Below, piece after piece: positions 1 to 8,940 of a stretch of 23,129 nucleotides of DNA. Where the stretch lies: the IMG/VR virus record IMGVR_UViG_3300014205_000201; one strand, 5' to 3'. The number at the start of each line of letters is the position of its first letter. Position 1 is the stretch's first letter. The notes below the pieces were generated by a model. The model was not told the DNA's origin. It made no database searches and saw only the letters and a program-made list of their open reading frames with translations. The translations under genes and the position numbers were made by a program. Source of the DNA: a virus (taxonomy: Duplodnaviria; Heunggongvirae; Uroviricota; Caudoviricetes).

Positions 1-869
1 TTCAACACAGATGATTCTTGCTCAAAATAGAAGAGCGGTTCGCCATCTATTTGCTTTTCTAACCAACCAGTCCAACGACCTTCTAAAACTATTTCACCTA
101 CCATTCCATTACTATATGGAGAGTAAGCGGCTATTCGAGTGCGAACTTTATCTTCGGGTCTACCAACTTTTGCAATTAAATTATTATCAGTTTTAAAAAT
201 CTGATTGCCTTCTTGCTTAATTACTTTTTTAACTTTCAACTTAGTTAAATCATAAGATGGCAGTTTTTTCTTTTGCCATAGAGAAAAGTAGCGGTCTGGT
301 GTGTAACTGATAGATGGAACTTTTAGTTTCAGCGTAAAGTATTTTGACATCTCTTCTTGGAACCTATTATATGTTGCTTGAGCTTCTACTGGAATAAAAT
401 CACGCATATCTTTACATTCACAGTTGAACGCCCCTTCTATCAAAACTTCACCATCACATAAAGCAGATAGCTTTGCAAGAAAAGACCAATCTTTATTCTC
501 CATAAAAATGTGATGAAGCGCATTTCCTATGAATATTTTATCGAATCCAAATATATCTGTGAAGTCTCTAAAGTTAGTTAATTGAAAGTCAATATTATCT
601 GAAGGATATGTTTCTTGCGCGAATTTTATACACTGATAGTTATTGTCGAATGATACCACTTGATCAAAATGGTTACAGTTCAAATAAGAGAAATACCCCC
701 AAGCGCAAGCGACATCAAGTAGCCGTTGGCCACTGAAGAATAGCGGAAAATTTTTGTTTATAATATCTATTCGTTCTTTAAGAAGTTTAGAAGGCTCAAA
801 AGTTTTAGGATTAAACTGTTGAGTCGGCGGATATTCTGCTGGGCAGTTTTGTTCAGTTTTTATTCCCAT
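1..869 (-). CDS. Class I SAM-dependent methyltransferase with a possible C-terminal kinase-like domain (WbdD-like architecture); runs off the left edge
   Basis: Absent from the ORF track because it has no stop in the window. Manual translation from ATG 869: MGIKTEQNCP...RLLDVACAWGYFS...VVSFDNN...FDKIFIGNALHHI, giving SAM motifs I/II. It continues with KVKKVIKQEGNQIFKTDNNLIAKV. The start overlaps the stop of the upstream gene. Confidence 0.8.
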   Translation of the reverse strand, partial: MGIKTEQNCPAEYPPTQQFNPKTFEPSKLLKERIDIINKNFPLFFSGQRLLDVACAWGYFSYLNCNHFDQVVSFDNNYQCIKFAQETYPSDNIDFQLTNFRDFTDIFGFDKIFIGNALHHIFMENKDWSFLAKLSALCDGEVLIEGAFNCECKDMRDFIPVEAQATYNRFQEEMSKYFTLKLKVPSISYTPDRYFSLWQKKKLPSYDLTKLKVKKVIKQEGNQIFKTDNNLIAKVGRPEDKVRTRIAAYSPYSNGMVGEIVLEGRWTGWLEKQIDGEPLFYFEQESSVL

Positions 870-1420
870 ATTACATCCAATCCTGATAATCTTTCAATAA
901 ACTGTTTACCAATAGGCATAACTGTTGTATCCCCATTTTTTTTGTCTAATCGTATTTCAGCATATAACGCATGAGGAAAATCAATTGGTAAATGTTCAAA
1001 AGCTCTCCGTTTTTTTGTGTATACAATAAACCAGTTATCGGGAAATGCATATCTAATTAATCCTGTTAAATTACCTAAATCAAAATAGGTTTTATGCCCA
1101 CTGTTTTGAGCATACTTAAAAGCGCTCCAATTATCACGCAGATATCTATGGGGTACAATTAAGATTATTCTTTTACGGGTAACTCTACCCATTTCTCTCA
1201 GTACAACTAATGGGTTATCAACATGTTCCAACATTGCTTTACTATAAGTCGCATCAAATATTTTATCTTTGAAAGGAAGTTTTTCTGCGGGGCATTTAAT
1301 TAAATTAGGAATAATATTAGGATTACAATCTCCGGCGCGGTGGATATTAGATTTTGTGAATAGATCACAGTTCACATCGCCTCTTGGTAAAACGCCACAG
1401 CCAATATCTAGTGTTAACAT
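860..1420 (-). CDS. Class I SAM-dependent methyltransferase (Methyltransf_11-like)
   Basis: LDIGCG motif I; AEKLPFKDKIFDATYSKAMLEHVDNPLVVLREMGRV is typical of type-11 methyltransferases. Confidence 0.85.
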   Translation of the reverse strand: MLTLDIGCGVLPRGDVNCDLFTKSNIHRAGDCNPNIIPNLIKCPAEKLPFKDKIFDATYSKAMLEHVDNPLVVLREMGRVTRKRIILIVPHRYLRDNWSAFKYAQNSGHKTYFDLGNLTGLIRYAFPDNWFIVYTKKRRAFEHLPIDFPHALYAEIRLDKKNGDTTVMPIGKQFIERLSGLDVIWE

Positions 1421-1836
1421 GGTTGAACCTTTTTGTAAACTTTGCTTCCTGAATTTCGCAGCATCTCTTTTGCATCTTCACAAGGAATACCTTCCTTCTC
1501 CATAAGTTGAACCATGGCTTCCCAGAATGGCACACCGTTTGGAGAAACTTTACAGTTCTGGTAAGGATTTGCTTCTACACCAACTTCGATTTCTTCTTTA
1601 TAGAAACGACTTTTCTTTAACCAGTAATGACCAAATAGTGCTAAGCCTACAGCAACAAATCCACTCGTTACTAAAGCAAATTGTATAAATCCCCCGAAGA
1701 AATTGCTGACGAAAGATAGGTTATCATATGTAACTGTGATAAAGGTAAGAAACGTAAAGGCGAAACCAAGCACGCTAGCTCCAGCGCGCATATAATAGAA
1801 GCCACGCCAAATCAATCGTTTGCCGCTAGATAACAT
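1414..1836 (-). CDS. Small membrane protein (two hydrophobic segments plus a charged C-terminus), unknown function
   Basis: 140-aa ORF coupled to both neighbours; hydrophobic stretches followed by KKSRFYKEEIEVGVEANPY. Confidence 0.65.
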   Translation of the reverse strand: MLSSGKRLIWRGFYYMRAGASVLGFAFTFLTFITVTYDNLSFVSNFFGGFIQFALVTSGFVAVGLALFGHYWLKKSRFYKEEIEVGVEANPYQNCKVSPNGVPFWEAMVQLMEKEGIPCEDAKEMLRNSGSKVYKKVQPC

Positions 1837-2965
1837 GAATATACCTCAACAGTTTTTTACCTAGCCGTCTACATAATAGATAAGGCTTTTCGATGTTATA
1901 TATCCAAGCATCAGAACCAAAATGTTTGTGAGATACTATGGGGAGAGCCATTATGTCATCAAACTCTTTATCGGATAGTTTTAGTTTATTAAGAATAAAA
2001 GCTTTGTCAGCCACAAACATTTCGGTAGGATAAGCTGGTTCATGAAGTTTGTTCAGAGCTTGTTCTTTGGTTAATCCGCCACTACGAATATAGTTGCTAT
2101 AGTTTGCTTTGCGTTTGTCAATTCCAAATTTGGTTGGTAAGATATAGGCTTGGTAGAATCTTGTAAAGATATTTTCAAAGTGTTTTTCACCATAATCCTC
2201 ATAGCCCAATTTATCAGCTAATATCTTGAAAGCTTTAGGTCGAGTATAACCAACATAATTTAACGGTGTTGCATAAATTAGCTTTTTGTAATATCGAGCA
2301 ACTAAAACTTGCCATGCGCCAAACTTTGGAAAACTCTTAAGATCACAGAAACCATAAGCACGATTAATATTTATTAGATTTGTATAATCTTGCTTGTTGG
2401 GATACGTCCAGCTATAAGGCATGAATGCATCAGCATAAAAGTTACCACCACTTAATACATATTTAACTTTGTTATCTAAAGCAGTTTTACGCTCAAAGGT
2501 TTCAATTAAATAATCAGCGGGAACATCAGCATCCAATACACTGGCCTTTAGATAAGCAATCTGTACACTCCTGAAGTCTTCAGCATCCACAGTGGGATAA
2601 ACAATATCAAATCCAGTATATTCAAGGATTCTCTGTAGATTTCGTTTAGAAATATTACTATCAAATCCAGTTGAGGCATGAACAAGTAAGGTACGTAATC
2701 CATATTGCTTGGCTATGTAAGCTACAAAGCTGCTATCAATTCCCCCTGAGATACCGATTACGCAATCATATTTTTTGCCAATACCAGAAGCTTTTATTTT
2801 AGGCAATACCACATTTTCCCAAACAGCTAAACCATTAGGAACATTTCCCATTCTATTACTCTGAAGCCGCCATGTCTCACAATAATTACATTCTCCAGAG
2901 GTATTGAAAGTTATTAATGGATCATCTGTATCCATTACGCATTTAGTACACCGTTGATAACTCAT
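1826..2965 (-). CDS. N-acetyl sugar amidotransferase (WbpG/PseA-like, PP-loop family)
   Basis: N-terminal CTKCVMD...CNYC, PP-loop YDCVIGISGGIDSS, YGEKHFENIFTRFYQAYILPTKFGIDKRK, typical of the family. Confidence 0.9.
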   Translation of the reverse strand: MSYQRCTKCVMDTDDPLITFNTSGECNYCETWRLQSNRMGNVPNGLAVWENVVLPKIKASGIGKKYDCVIGISGGIDSSFVAYIAKQYGLRTLLVHASTGFDSNISKRNLQRILEYTGFDIVYPTVDAEDFRSVQIAYLKASVLDADVPADYLIETFERKTALDNKVKYVLSGGNFYADAFMPYSWTYPNKQDYTNLININRAYGFCDLKSFPKFGAWQVLVARYYKKLIYATPLNYVGYTRPKAFKILADKLGYEDYGEKHFENIFTRFYQAYILPTKFGIDKRKANYSNYIRSGGLTKEQALNKLHEPAYPTEMFVADKAFILNKLKLSDKEFDDIMALPIVSHKHFGSDAWIYNIEKPYLLCRRLGKKLLRYIHVI

Positions 2966-3876
2966 TTTCTTTTTCTCCGATTTAGTTTTTCTTCATAGAT
3001 TTTTATAGTATATTTAGCAACTGTTAAAGGCAAATGCTCAGAAGGCAAATTCTCAATAACTTTACCATTATAATCTACAACTTTACATCCGATAGCTAAG
3101 GCTTCTAAAGCTGTTTTACTTAAACTATGAATAGCTTGCCTATCTATGTAATATTCAAATTTTCCCATGTATTCTGGAAAATCACGGAAGTCTATCCAGC
3201 ATTGATTTTTACGATCAAGAACAGTTAATTCTAAATCATTATATTCAGCAAATTTCTGGGCATGAGCGCCAGTTTCATACCAGACTTTGCTATAAAGCGC
3301 AGTGCCCTTTTTCGGTTTATATACTGAATTATTAAAGTGATCTGTATCTGCTATGTTCGGAATCCATATACCATTTGGAACATCATCAAGCAAATCTGGG
3401 GTACTTACATAGATTTTGTTTCTTTTAGCATAACCCCATACAAACAACTTAGTCGTGTTTTTCCTAAACCAACTATACATCGATGGCGATTTACGAACAT
3501 CATCACCATGAAATTCTAAAACATGCGGTTGCCGCCATAAGAATAAAGCTATACCCCAAGACCCATGAATATGTAAAACATCATAATTTTTTAGTTCGTG
3601 CAAAACAAATGAATATAATTTCAGGGAAGGATAAATACTCCATAACTTAAAGAGCACTCTACGAAGACTACGATTTCTAGGTAATCCTTTTTTAGCAGCT
3701 TTATAAACTGATGAACTTTGTGGAGTAAAAGTTGTTTTAATATTATAATACTCGTCGATACCTCTGCCATCCCAATTACCAAATTTAGCAACACAAGATT
3801 CATGACCGAGTTGCCGTTGATATTTAGCTAATACCGCACCGACACCGGCACAGTCAGAAACATGAAGTATTCTCAT
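2962..3876 (-). CDS. GT-B fold (GT4-like) glycosyltransferase
   Basis: MRILHVSD start, DVLHIHG, FHGDDVR, SKTALEALAIGCKVV C-terminal motif. Confidence 0.75.
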   Translation of the reverse strand: MRILHVSDCAGVGAVLAKYQRQLGHESCVAKFGNWDGRGIDEYYNIKTTFTPQSSSVYKAAKKGLPRNRSLRRVLFKLWSIYPSLKLYSFVLHELKNYDVLHIHGSWGIALFLWRQPHVLEFHGDDVRKSPSMYSWFRKNTTKLFVWGYAKRNKIYVSTPDLLDDVPNGIWIPNIADTDHFNNSVYKPKKGTALYSKVWYETGAHAQKFAEYNDLELTVLDRKNQCWIDFRDFPEYMGKFEYYIDRQAIHSLSKTALEALAIGCKVVDYNGKVIENLPSEHLPLTVAKYTIKIYEEKLNRRKRK

Positions 3877-4289
3877 TGTATAAATCCCCTACTATATAAC
3901 TTAAGAAATAAGCTAGTAACAGCTATATCTATACCCCAACGTTTAGAAGGATAACGTCTAACATCGGTTCCATGAAACTCTATCACTTTATTCTTGAATG
4001 GCAGAAAGAACCAAACTAAATATTGACTATGAATATGGATAACATCAAATTTTCTTCCACACCAAGCCACATAACAATAAAACCATAATACACTCAAAGA
4101 ACGCCACAGAATACCCTTATGACGTTTAGGACCAACAACCGACATAGAATAATATCTCTGCAATCCACAAGAATCATAACCATCTCGAACAACAACAGAA
4201 ACATTGTGACCTAGCCGAGTTTGATATTTAGCTAATGAACCAGCGACACCGGCTGCATCGTTTACATGAAGAATTTTCAGGTTAGACAA
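3873..4289 (-). pseudogene. Truncated paralog (N-terminal domain only) of the adjacent GT-B glycosyltransferase
   Basis: KILHVNDAAGVAGSLAKYQTRLGH / DVIHIHS / EFHGTDVRR align to the neighbour's N-terminus. DNA similarity persists (ttgatatttagctaat...cgacaccggc). It stops after 138 aa and lacks the donor-binding domain. Confidence 0.6.
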
Positions 4290-5268
4290 ATTTTGTATGC
4301 TCCAGCGATTTTAATATATCACCTAATATTTGGTACTCTGAATAGTAGCAGCGATAGCATTTGGAACCATTAAAGAATTTTTGTTGTTCGATAAGCTTTG
4401 GTAAATCACGCCATGAACCCATACACATAGTTTTCTCATAATCCTTTGAAGGCTTTTCCAGAGCATATTGAACACCACAACAACCGAACAATTTTCCTTC
4501 TGCGCTTACTACTGGTTTAAGCAAACTGATATAGCAAGGTGCTTCACCATGGACAAATGTTTTTCTTCCCTGAAAAATCACTCTGGATATATCTACGTTT
4601 AAATCAATTAATCCAGCTTTAATCTTTATCATATCTGGAACTGAATCTATATTAAATAAATCGCTGACAAGTCGAACATGGGTGAATCCATTAAGATTAG
4701 CATAATCAATTACTCTTTTCAGCAATTTAAAATCAGGGTTAGCGCTTACAACATAGCTAAAGGCCCAATCAATAGAAGAATCTTTTTGGACAGCAGCATC
4801 GACATTTTTAAACCATTGTTCAATAGGAAACTGATTAGGTAAAACATCACTGCAACTTATACGTAACCATTTTATTCTGTTAAGATCTGAAGCTGTTAAG
4901 CGATGTAACATACTGCCATTAGATACTAAACCAACTTCTATGTCTAAGGAGTGAAGCAGTTTTAAAAGTTTAGGTAAGTCACGATGTAGTGCTGGTTCAC
5001 CTCCGCCCGTTATAGTGGTACACGCCATACCCAACTTTTTGTATAATCGCATCATCTCTTCCATTTCAGTATAAGGCATACTTAATGATTTATCACGGTT
5101 TTCACAGCTACAAAAGTCGCAATGAAAATTACAGCGATTTGTGATGTTAAGTTGTAAATGCCAAGGAATTACTTTGCCATTTTTTATATTCCGCATTAAT
5201 TCTTCATTCTTTAATATCTTCATAGGAAAATTATTTGCCGCAGTATACGAATTTGTTAAATTTATCAA
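4282..5268 (-). CDS. Radical SAM protein with a C-terminal Cys-containing (SPASM/twitch-like) extension
   Basis: CNFHCDFC (CxxxCxxC), TITGGGEP, LVSNG; C-terminal PCY...GCC...C...CYRC. Confidence 0.9.
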   Translation of the reverse strand: MINLTNSYTAANNFPMKILKNEELMRNIKNGKVIPWHLQLNITNRCNFHCDFCSCENRDKSLSMPYTEMEEMMRLYKKLGMACTTITGGGEPALHRDLPKLLKLLHSLDIEVGLVSNGSMLHRLTASDLNRIKWLRISCSDVLPNQFPIEQWFKNVDAAVQKDSSIDWAFSYVVSANPDFKLLKRVIDYANLNGFTHVRLVSDLFNIDSVPDMIKIKAGLIDLNVDISRVIFQGRKTFVHGEAPCYISLLKPVVSAEGKLFGCCGVQYALEKPSKDYEKTMCMGSWRDLPKLIEQQKFFNGSKCYRCYYSEYQILGDILKSLEHTKFV

Positions 5269-5438
5269 TTTTGTTTTCCTCTCTCTTCCATTACTTCTTC
5301 AAATATACTTGTATCGCAATTACCTAAAGGATAACTAATCTCATCTATAACGCCCTGTATCAATATATGATGACCAACACAACCAATAATAATAGAGACT
5401 ATAAAAATAAAACAAACCAGCAGTATCAAGCACTGCAT
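5265..5438 (-). CDS. Putative 57-aa single-pass membrane peptide
   Basis: Below the ORF-track cutoff. MQCLILLVCFIFIVSIIIGCVGHHILIQG...EERGKQN; its TGA overlaps the TTG start of the radical SAM gene. Confidence 0.45.
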   Translation of the reverse strand: MQCLILLVCFIFIVSIIIGCVGHHILIQGVIDEISYPLGNCDTSIFEEVMEERGKQN

Positions 5439-5492
5439 CTCCAGTAACGGAAACTGTTTTGCTTATACCAATGGTTTATTTTAAACACCTCA

Positions 5493-6320
5493 TCAATGGG
5501 ATAGCATTGCTATTGCTAAGATTACAGCTACAGTAACAACAAACGCTAACGATACCGATAACCCAATCAACTTTAACTTCGACATATTAGAACGCTTAGG
5601 CTTCTCCTTCTTAGGCTCTGACAGTTTTGAACTAACTGGTGGCTTCGACTCTAGCGGAACAGCCGGTGGCGGTATTATTGGTTGGAGCATCGACTCATCA
5701 AACGGTATTCCCAGTAATTCGCATTTACGTTGGATTAGTTGTTTGAAGTATTGTTGGTTCGCTGGATCTTTTAAGGCAAGCTCGATTTGTTGAAGTTGAA
5801 TTAAGGGGTTTGGTTGTGGTTCTGGTTGCGGTTCAGGTTCTTGTTGAATAGGCACAAGTCTAACTTGGCCATTTACAACGGCTAGAAGATTACGGTAAGC
5901 GTTTTGTCTAAAAGTTTCTTTTGCGTTTTGACCTATGGCTTCAGCGGTTGTTTCAATATAGTTATCTATGCCACCGAATACTGGTGCTTGTGGCTCTGGT
6001 TGATTAACTTCAGGTATAGGTTTTTCCTGTGGAACAGTAGGGGTAGGTTCTATGGGTTTAACTTCAGTTGCTTGTGCCTCTTGCTGAACCGGTGGTGAAA
6101 TTATTACAGGCGCAATAACTGGTGCTGGCATATCAGTCTTCTTAACTTCAGCAGATTTCTTTTTGGTAGGCTTCTCAATTACCTCAGCAACATTCTCAAT
6201 AGGTTGTCCATCTGGAAACTTTTCAGGCTCAATAGCAAGAGCCTTAGAAATCTCATTAAGCTCATCCGCGTATTCTTCAACTTGTTTATCAGATTCAAAC
6301 TCAGTTTCTTCATTACTCAT
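5493..6320 (-). CDS. Pro/Glu/Gln-rich protein with a C-terminal membrane anchor, unknown function
   Basis: Likely start ATG 6320 (MSNEETEF), just after the upstream stop. Low-complexity P/E/Q body, Lys-rich segment, terminal hydrophobic helix. Confidence 0.7.
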   Translation of the reverse strand: MSNEETEFESDKQVEEYADELNEISKALAIEPEKFPDGQPIENVAEVIEKPTKKKSAEVKKTDMPAPVIAPVIISPPVQQEAQATEVKPIEPTPTVPQEKPIPEVNQPEPQAPVFGGIDNYIETTAEAIGQNAKETFRQNAYRNLLAVVNGQVRLVPIQQEPEPQPEPQPNPLIQLQQIELALKDPANQQYFKQLIQRKCELLGIPFDESMLQPIIPPPAVPLESKPPVSSKLSEPKKEKPKRSNMSKLKLIGLSVSLAFVVTVAVILAIAMLSH

Positions 6321-6321
6321 T

Positions 6322-7188
6322 TTAAGCTCCTCCACCGCCACCCAACATATAGGCAGCAACAACTAACAAGATACCTAAACCAAACGTAGCCATAATCAAA
6401 TATAGCACAATCTTAGTTGGCTTATCTTTATCTTCAGCACGTTCTAATCGACCAGTAGTTTGATCACGTTCACTGATACTCTCTTGAATAGTAGGGTCAT
6501 AGTTTATGTCAATTTCTTTGTACATTGCATGAAAATCTACACCGCTAACACCTAATGATAATGATTCAAGAACTGTACCTATCTCTCTAAACTTCGCATT
6601 AGTTGAAGCTTTCAACGCTTGAATAGCCGCAGGTTCCTTAGATAATCTTTCAAGATTATTAAGTAAACTTAGCGAAGTAAGAAATGGAAATCTCGCGGCG
6701 ATAGCGCGGTTTTTAGAACCCACAAAAAATGGAGCATCTACACCGCGTAAATTGATTTTCATATTATTCTGGTTGTTTAAGCTTTGTATAACTTGTTTGG
6801 TTAAGCGTTCATTCTTTTCAGTATCAACATCAATAGGTAACTCATCAACGTTGACTTTTTGTGGCAAAGCAAACCGATAAGTATGTTTCTTTTTACCTTT
6901 ACCAAACGGTTTAGATTCCAATACTTGAGCAATAAATTCGTTAAGAGGAATTAAATCAGTGAAACCATCTAGCCCCTCAAGCAGTATCATTGGAATATGC
7001 TTTCGATGTGCGGTAGTTAAATTGGTAGCTTGCTTAGGTGTTCGATACTTATCTTGCAAGAAATAGATAAGCAATACAAAAAAGCAAACCGCAAATATAG
7101 CGCCAATAATAATCCAGGATTGCATAGAATCTAATTGACTTTTATCAACTATGTATTGAATAGGAGTTGCTAAAGGTTGTTCAGACAT
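6322..7188 (-). CDS. Membrane protein with N- and C-terminal TM helices, unknown function
   Basis: 288-aa ORF; WIIIGAIFAVCFFVLLIYFL and IVLYLIMATFGLGILLVVAAYML. Confidence 0.75.
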   Translation of the reverse strand: MSEQPLATPIQYIVDKSQLDSMQSWIIIGAIFAVCFFVLLIYFLQDKYRTPKQATNLTTAHRKHIPMILLEGLDGFTDLIPLNEFIAQVLESKPFGKGKKKHTYRFALPQKVNVDELPIDVDTEKNERLTKQVIQSLNNQNNMKINLRGVDAPFFVGSKNRAIAARFPFLTSLSLLNNLERLSKEPAAIQALKASTNAKFREIGTVLESLSLGVSGVDFHAMYKEIDINYDPTIQESISERDQTTGRLERAEDKDKPTKIVLYLIMATFGLGILLVVAAYMLGGGGGA

Positions 7189-7190
7189 AC

Positions 7191-7796
7191 TTAATTTCCT
7201 CCACCGATAGGAGCATTATTATTAACTTTAACACCAATCTGTTTACCAACAGTTTTCAACGATAACATCTTGTTACCATTAACAGAATCATCGATAGCTT
7301 CACAGCCATAACGTTCAATCTGATTAATATAATGAGTAAATAACTTTCGTTCTTCACGACTCATATCACGCTTAATTTTTAAGCAATCATTTCGCAATTG
7401 ATTCTTATACATAATCGCTTGCCGTGGCGTAATGAACCGTGTAGGTGTAACCGATGAAATAACAACCCGTAACGCCATAGCCCAAGATACAGGTCGCGCT
7501 GGAGTACCAGCAACCGGAATCTCCGCAGTAACCGCCCCTTGATCATTATACATGCGAACGATCTTTGGCTCCTGCGCCGGAATAATGCTCAATGCTTCAA
7601 GCTGCCGACGTAATCCATCATCCTCAATTGTGTGAATATTAATTTCTAGGGCATCACGGCTAGCTTGACTTGCTGCATCCGGTGGATCTTGACTGGCCAT
7701 AAGTTGCTGGGCGAACGCGGCTGAATCTGGGTCATACCGTTGATTCATTTGTTTGCCACCGAATTTTTCTTTAAGAGCATTAATTACATTAACCAT
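7191..7796 (-). CDS. Hypothetical soluble protein
   Basis: 201-aa ORF with 2-3 nt spacing to its neighbours. Confidence 0.7.
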   Translation of the reverse strand: MVNVINALKEKFGGKQMNQRYDPDSAAFAQQLMASQDPPDAASQASRDALEINIHTIEDDGLRRQLEALSIIPAQEPKIVRMYNDQGAVTAEIPVAGTPARPVSWAMALRVVISSVTPTRFITPRQAIMYKNQLRNDCLKIKRDMSREERKLFTHYINQIERYGCEAIDDSVNGNKMLSLKTVGKQIGVKVNNNAPIGGGN

Positions 7797-7799
7797 TTA

Positions 7800-8135
7800 C
7801 TAAACCTCATCATCTTGAGTCATTTGTAATAATGGTTTGGTTGGTTTCTCGCCAAAGATAGCGACTAACATCTTCATGCCAACATAGAGGGTGATTATTG
7901 AAAAGATGTAACCTAATGCCATCCAGAGATAAGAAACACTGAGAAATATGTCGGATGTAGCGATGCCGCTCCATGTTAAGGAGAAAATAAACCAGCAGAC
8001 CGCAGAGACTAAGGAACTGAAGAAGCCGACAACATCAGCTTGTTTATCTTTTAATGACATGATGCTTAGTAATGTGAAGATGATTGCGATTACTAATGGG
8101 ACAGCAAACATAATGATAGTAAGCGAATCAACCAT
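7800..8135 (-). CDS. Three-TM small membrane protein
   Basis: 111 aa, three hydrophobic helices, ATG abuts the upstream TAA. Confidence 0.7.
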   Translation of the reverse strand: MVDSLTIIMFAVPLVIAIIFTLLSIMSLKDKQADVVGFFSSLVSAVCWFIFSLTWSGIATSDIFLSVSYLWMALGYIFSIITLYVGMKMLVAIFGEKPTKPLLQMTQDDEV

Positions 8136-8264
8136 TTAGTGTATCCTCTCTTTTCCCTCAAGCAACTTACCTATAGTGTCATCGACGGTTTTAAGCTTTA
8201 GCTTAGCCTTAAGCTGCATAACTTCACTATGATGGTCAAGGGATACAAGCAAGGGCTTCTTCAT
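8136..8264 (-). CDS. 42-aa ribbon-helix-helix-like DNA-binding protein
   Basis: Not in the ORF track. MKKPLLVSLDHHSEVMQLKAKLKLKTVDDTIGKLLEGKERIH: alternating beta-strand, helix, turn, S/T-x-D-D helix pattern. First gene of the left operon, about 27 nt after TTTATATA. Confidence 0.6.
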   Translation of the reverse strand: MKKPLLVSLDHHSEVMQLKAKLKLKTVDDTIGKLLEGKERIH

Positions 8265-8280
8265 ACTTACCTATTTGGCG

Positions 8281-8380
8281 CTTAAAGTATATAAAATTAT
8301 GCTAAAATCAAAATTATCACAATTATTCGATAATTACGCATAATTATTACAATCCATAAAAGCAAAGCACTTTAATACCA
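8281..8380. promoter_or_regulatory. Divergent archaeal promoter region with an AATTA repeat array
   Basis: Minus-strand TTTATATA at 8288-8295; plus-strand AAAGCAC-TTTAATA at about 8364-8377; AATTA at 8295, 8312, 8321, 8332 and 8342. Confidence 0.6.
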
Positions 8381-8409
8381 AAAGCAACCATTAACAATAC
8401 AGACACACA

Positions 8410-8760
8410 ATGAACACTAAAACAGCAACTCTAATCACACTAACAATCTTACTAACAATTATTCCATTAGCCACCGCCAATGAAGATTGGGGCATAAACG
8501 TAAACGACTGGCAACAGTTCCAAACCAAACCAACAACCACACCCTACCCAACCGCAACACCAACACAGCCACCCACATCTACCCCATCACAAACCGCCAC
8601 TAACAACCCCACTCCAAATAACCCATCAACACAATCAACCCCCAACCCAACCATCCCCGAAACAAACACCCTAACAATAACAACATATCTAATTATAACA
8701 ATCATAACAATATTGATAATAAAAATAAAGGGAAGCAAAACTCTCCCCAGCCAAATCTAA
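8410..8760 (+). CDS. Small secreted Pro/Thr-rich surface protein with a PEF-CTERM-like C-terminal sorting signal
   Basis: Signal peptide, short domain (NEDWGINVNDWQQF), PT-rich linker, IPET plus TM helix plus basic tail. The only well-supported plus-strand gene. Confidence 0.7.
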   Translation: MNTKTATLITLTILLTIIPLATANEDWGINVNDWQQFQTKPTTTPYPTATPTQPPTSTPSQTATNNPTPNNPSTQSTPNPTIPETNTLTITTYLIITIITILIIKIKGSKTLPSQI

Positions 8761-8867
8761 AGTTTTTTACGCTGGCAATGCTCCTCCGCCATTTCCTCAA
8801 ACTCATGGCTAAACTTACTTAAATGAGTCGCCTTCTCACCATGCCTATAACCCTCATGATGCCTCAA
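8757..8867 (-). CDS. Putative 36-aa His/Glu-rich peptide
   Basis: SD-like GGTGAAGG then TTG: MRHHEGYRHGEKATHLSKFSHEFEEMAEEHCQRKKL. G/T-rich wobble positions as in other minus-strand genes. Confidence 0.35.
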   Translation of the reverse strand: MRHHEGYRHGEKATHLSKFSHEFEEMAEEHCQRKKL

Positions 8868-8940
8868 ACCTTCACCCCCAGATAATAACAGTTTCTTAAT
8901 TACTAAGTTTTGGTAATAGCCAAATATAAAAAAGTTCACT

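Noticed and set aside
5400-5490. Possible third BHB intron linking a GTG start after GAGGTG to the small membrane ORF
   Set aside because: The best fold needs a 5-nt bulge, has no exon helix and gives no convincing spliced protein.
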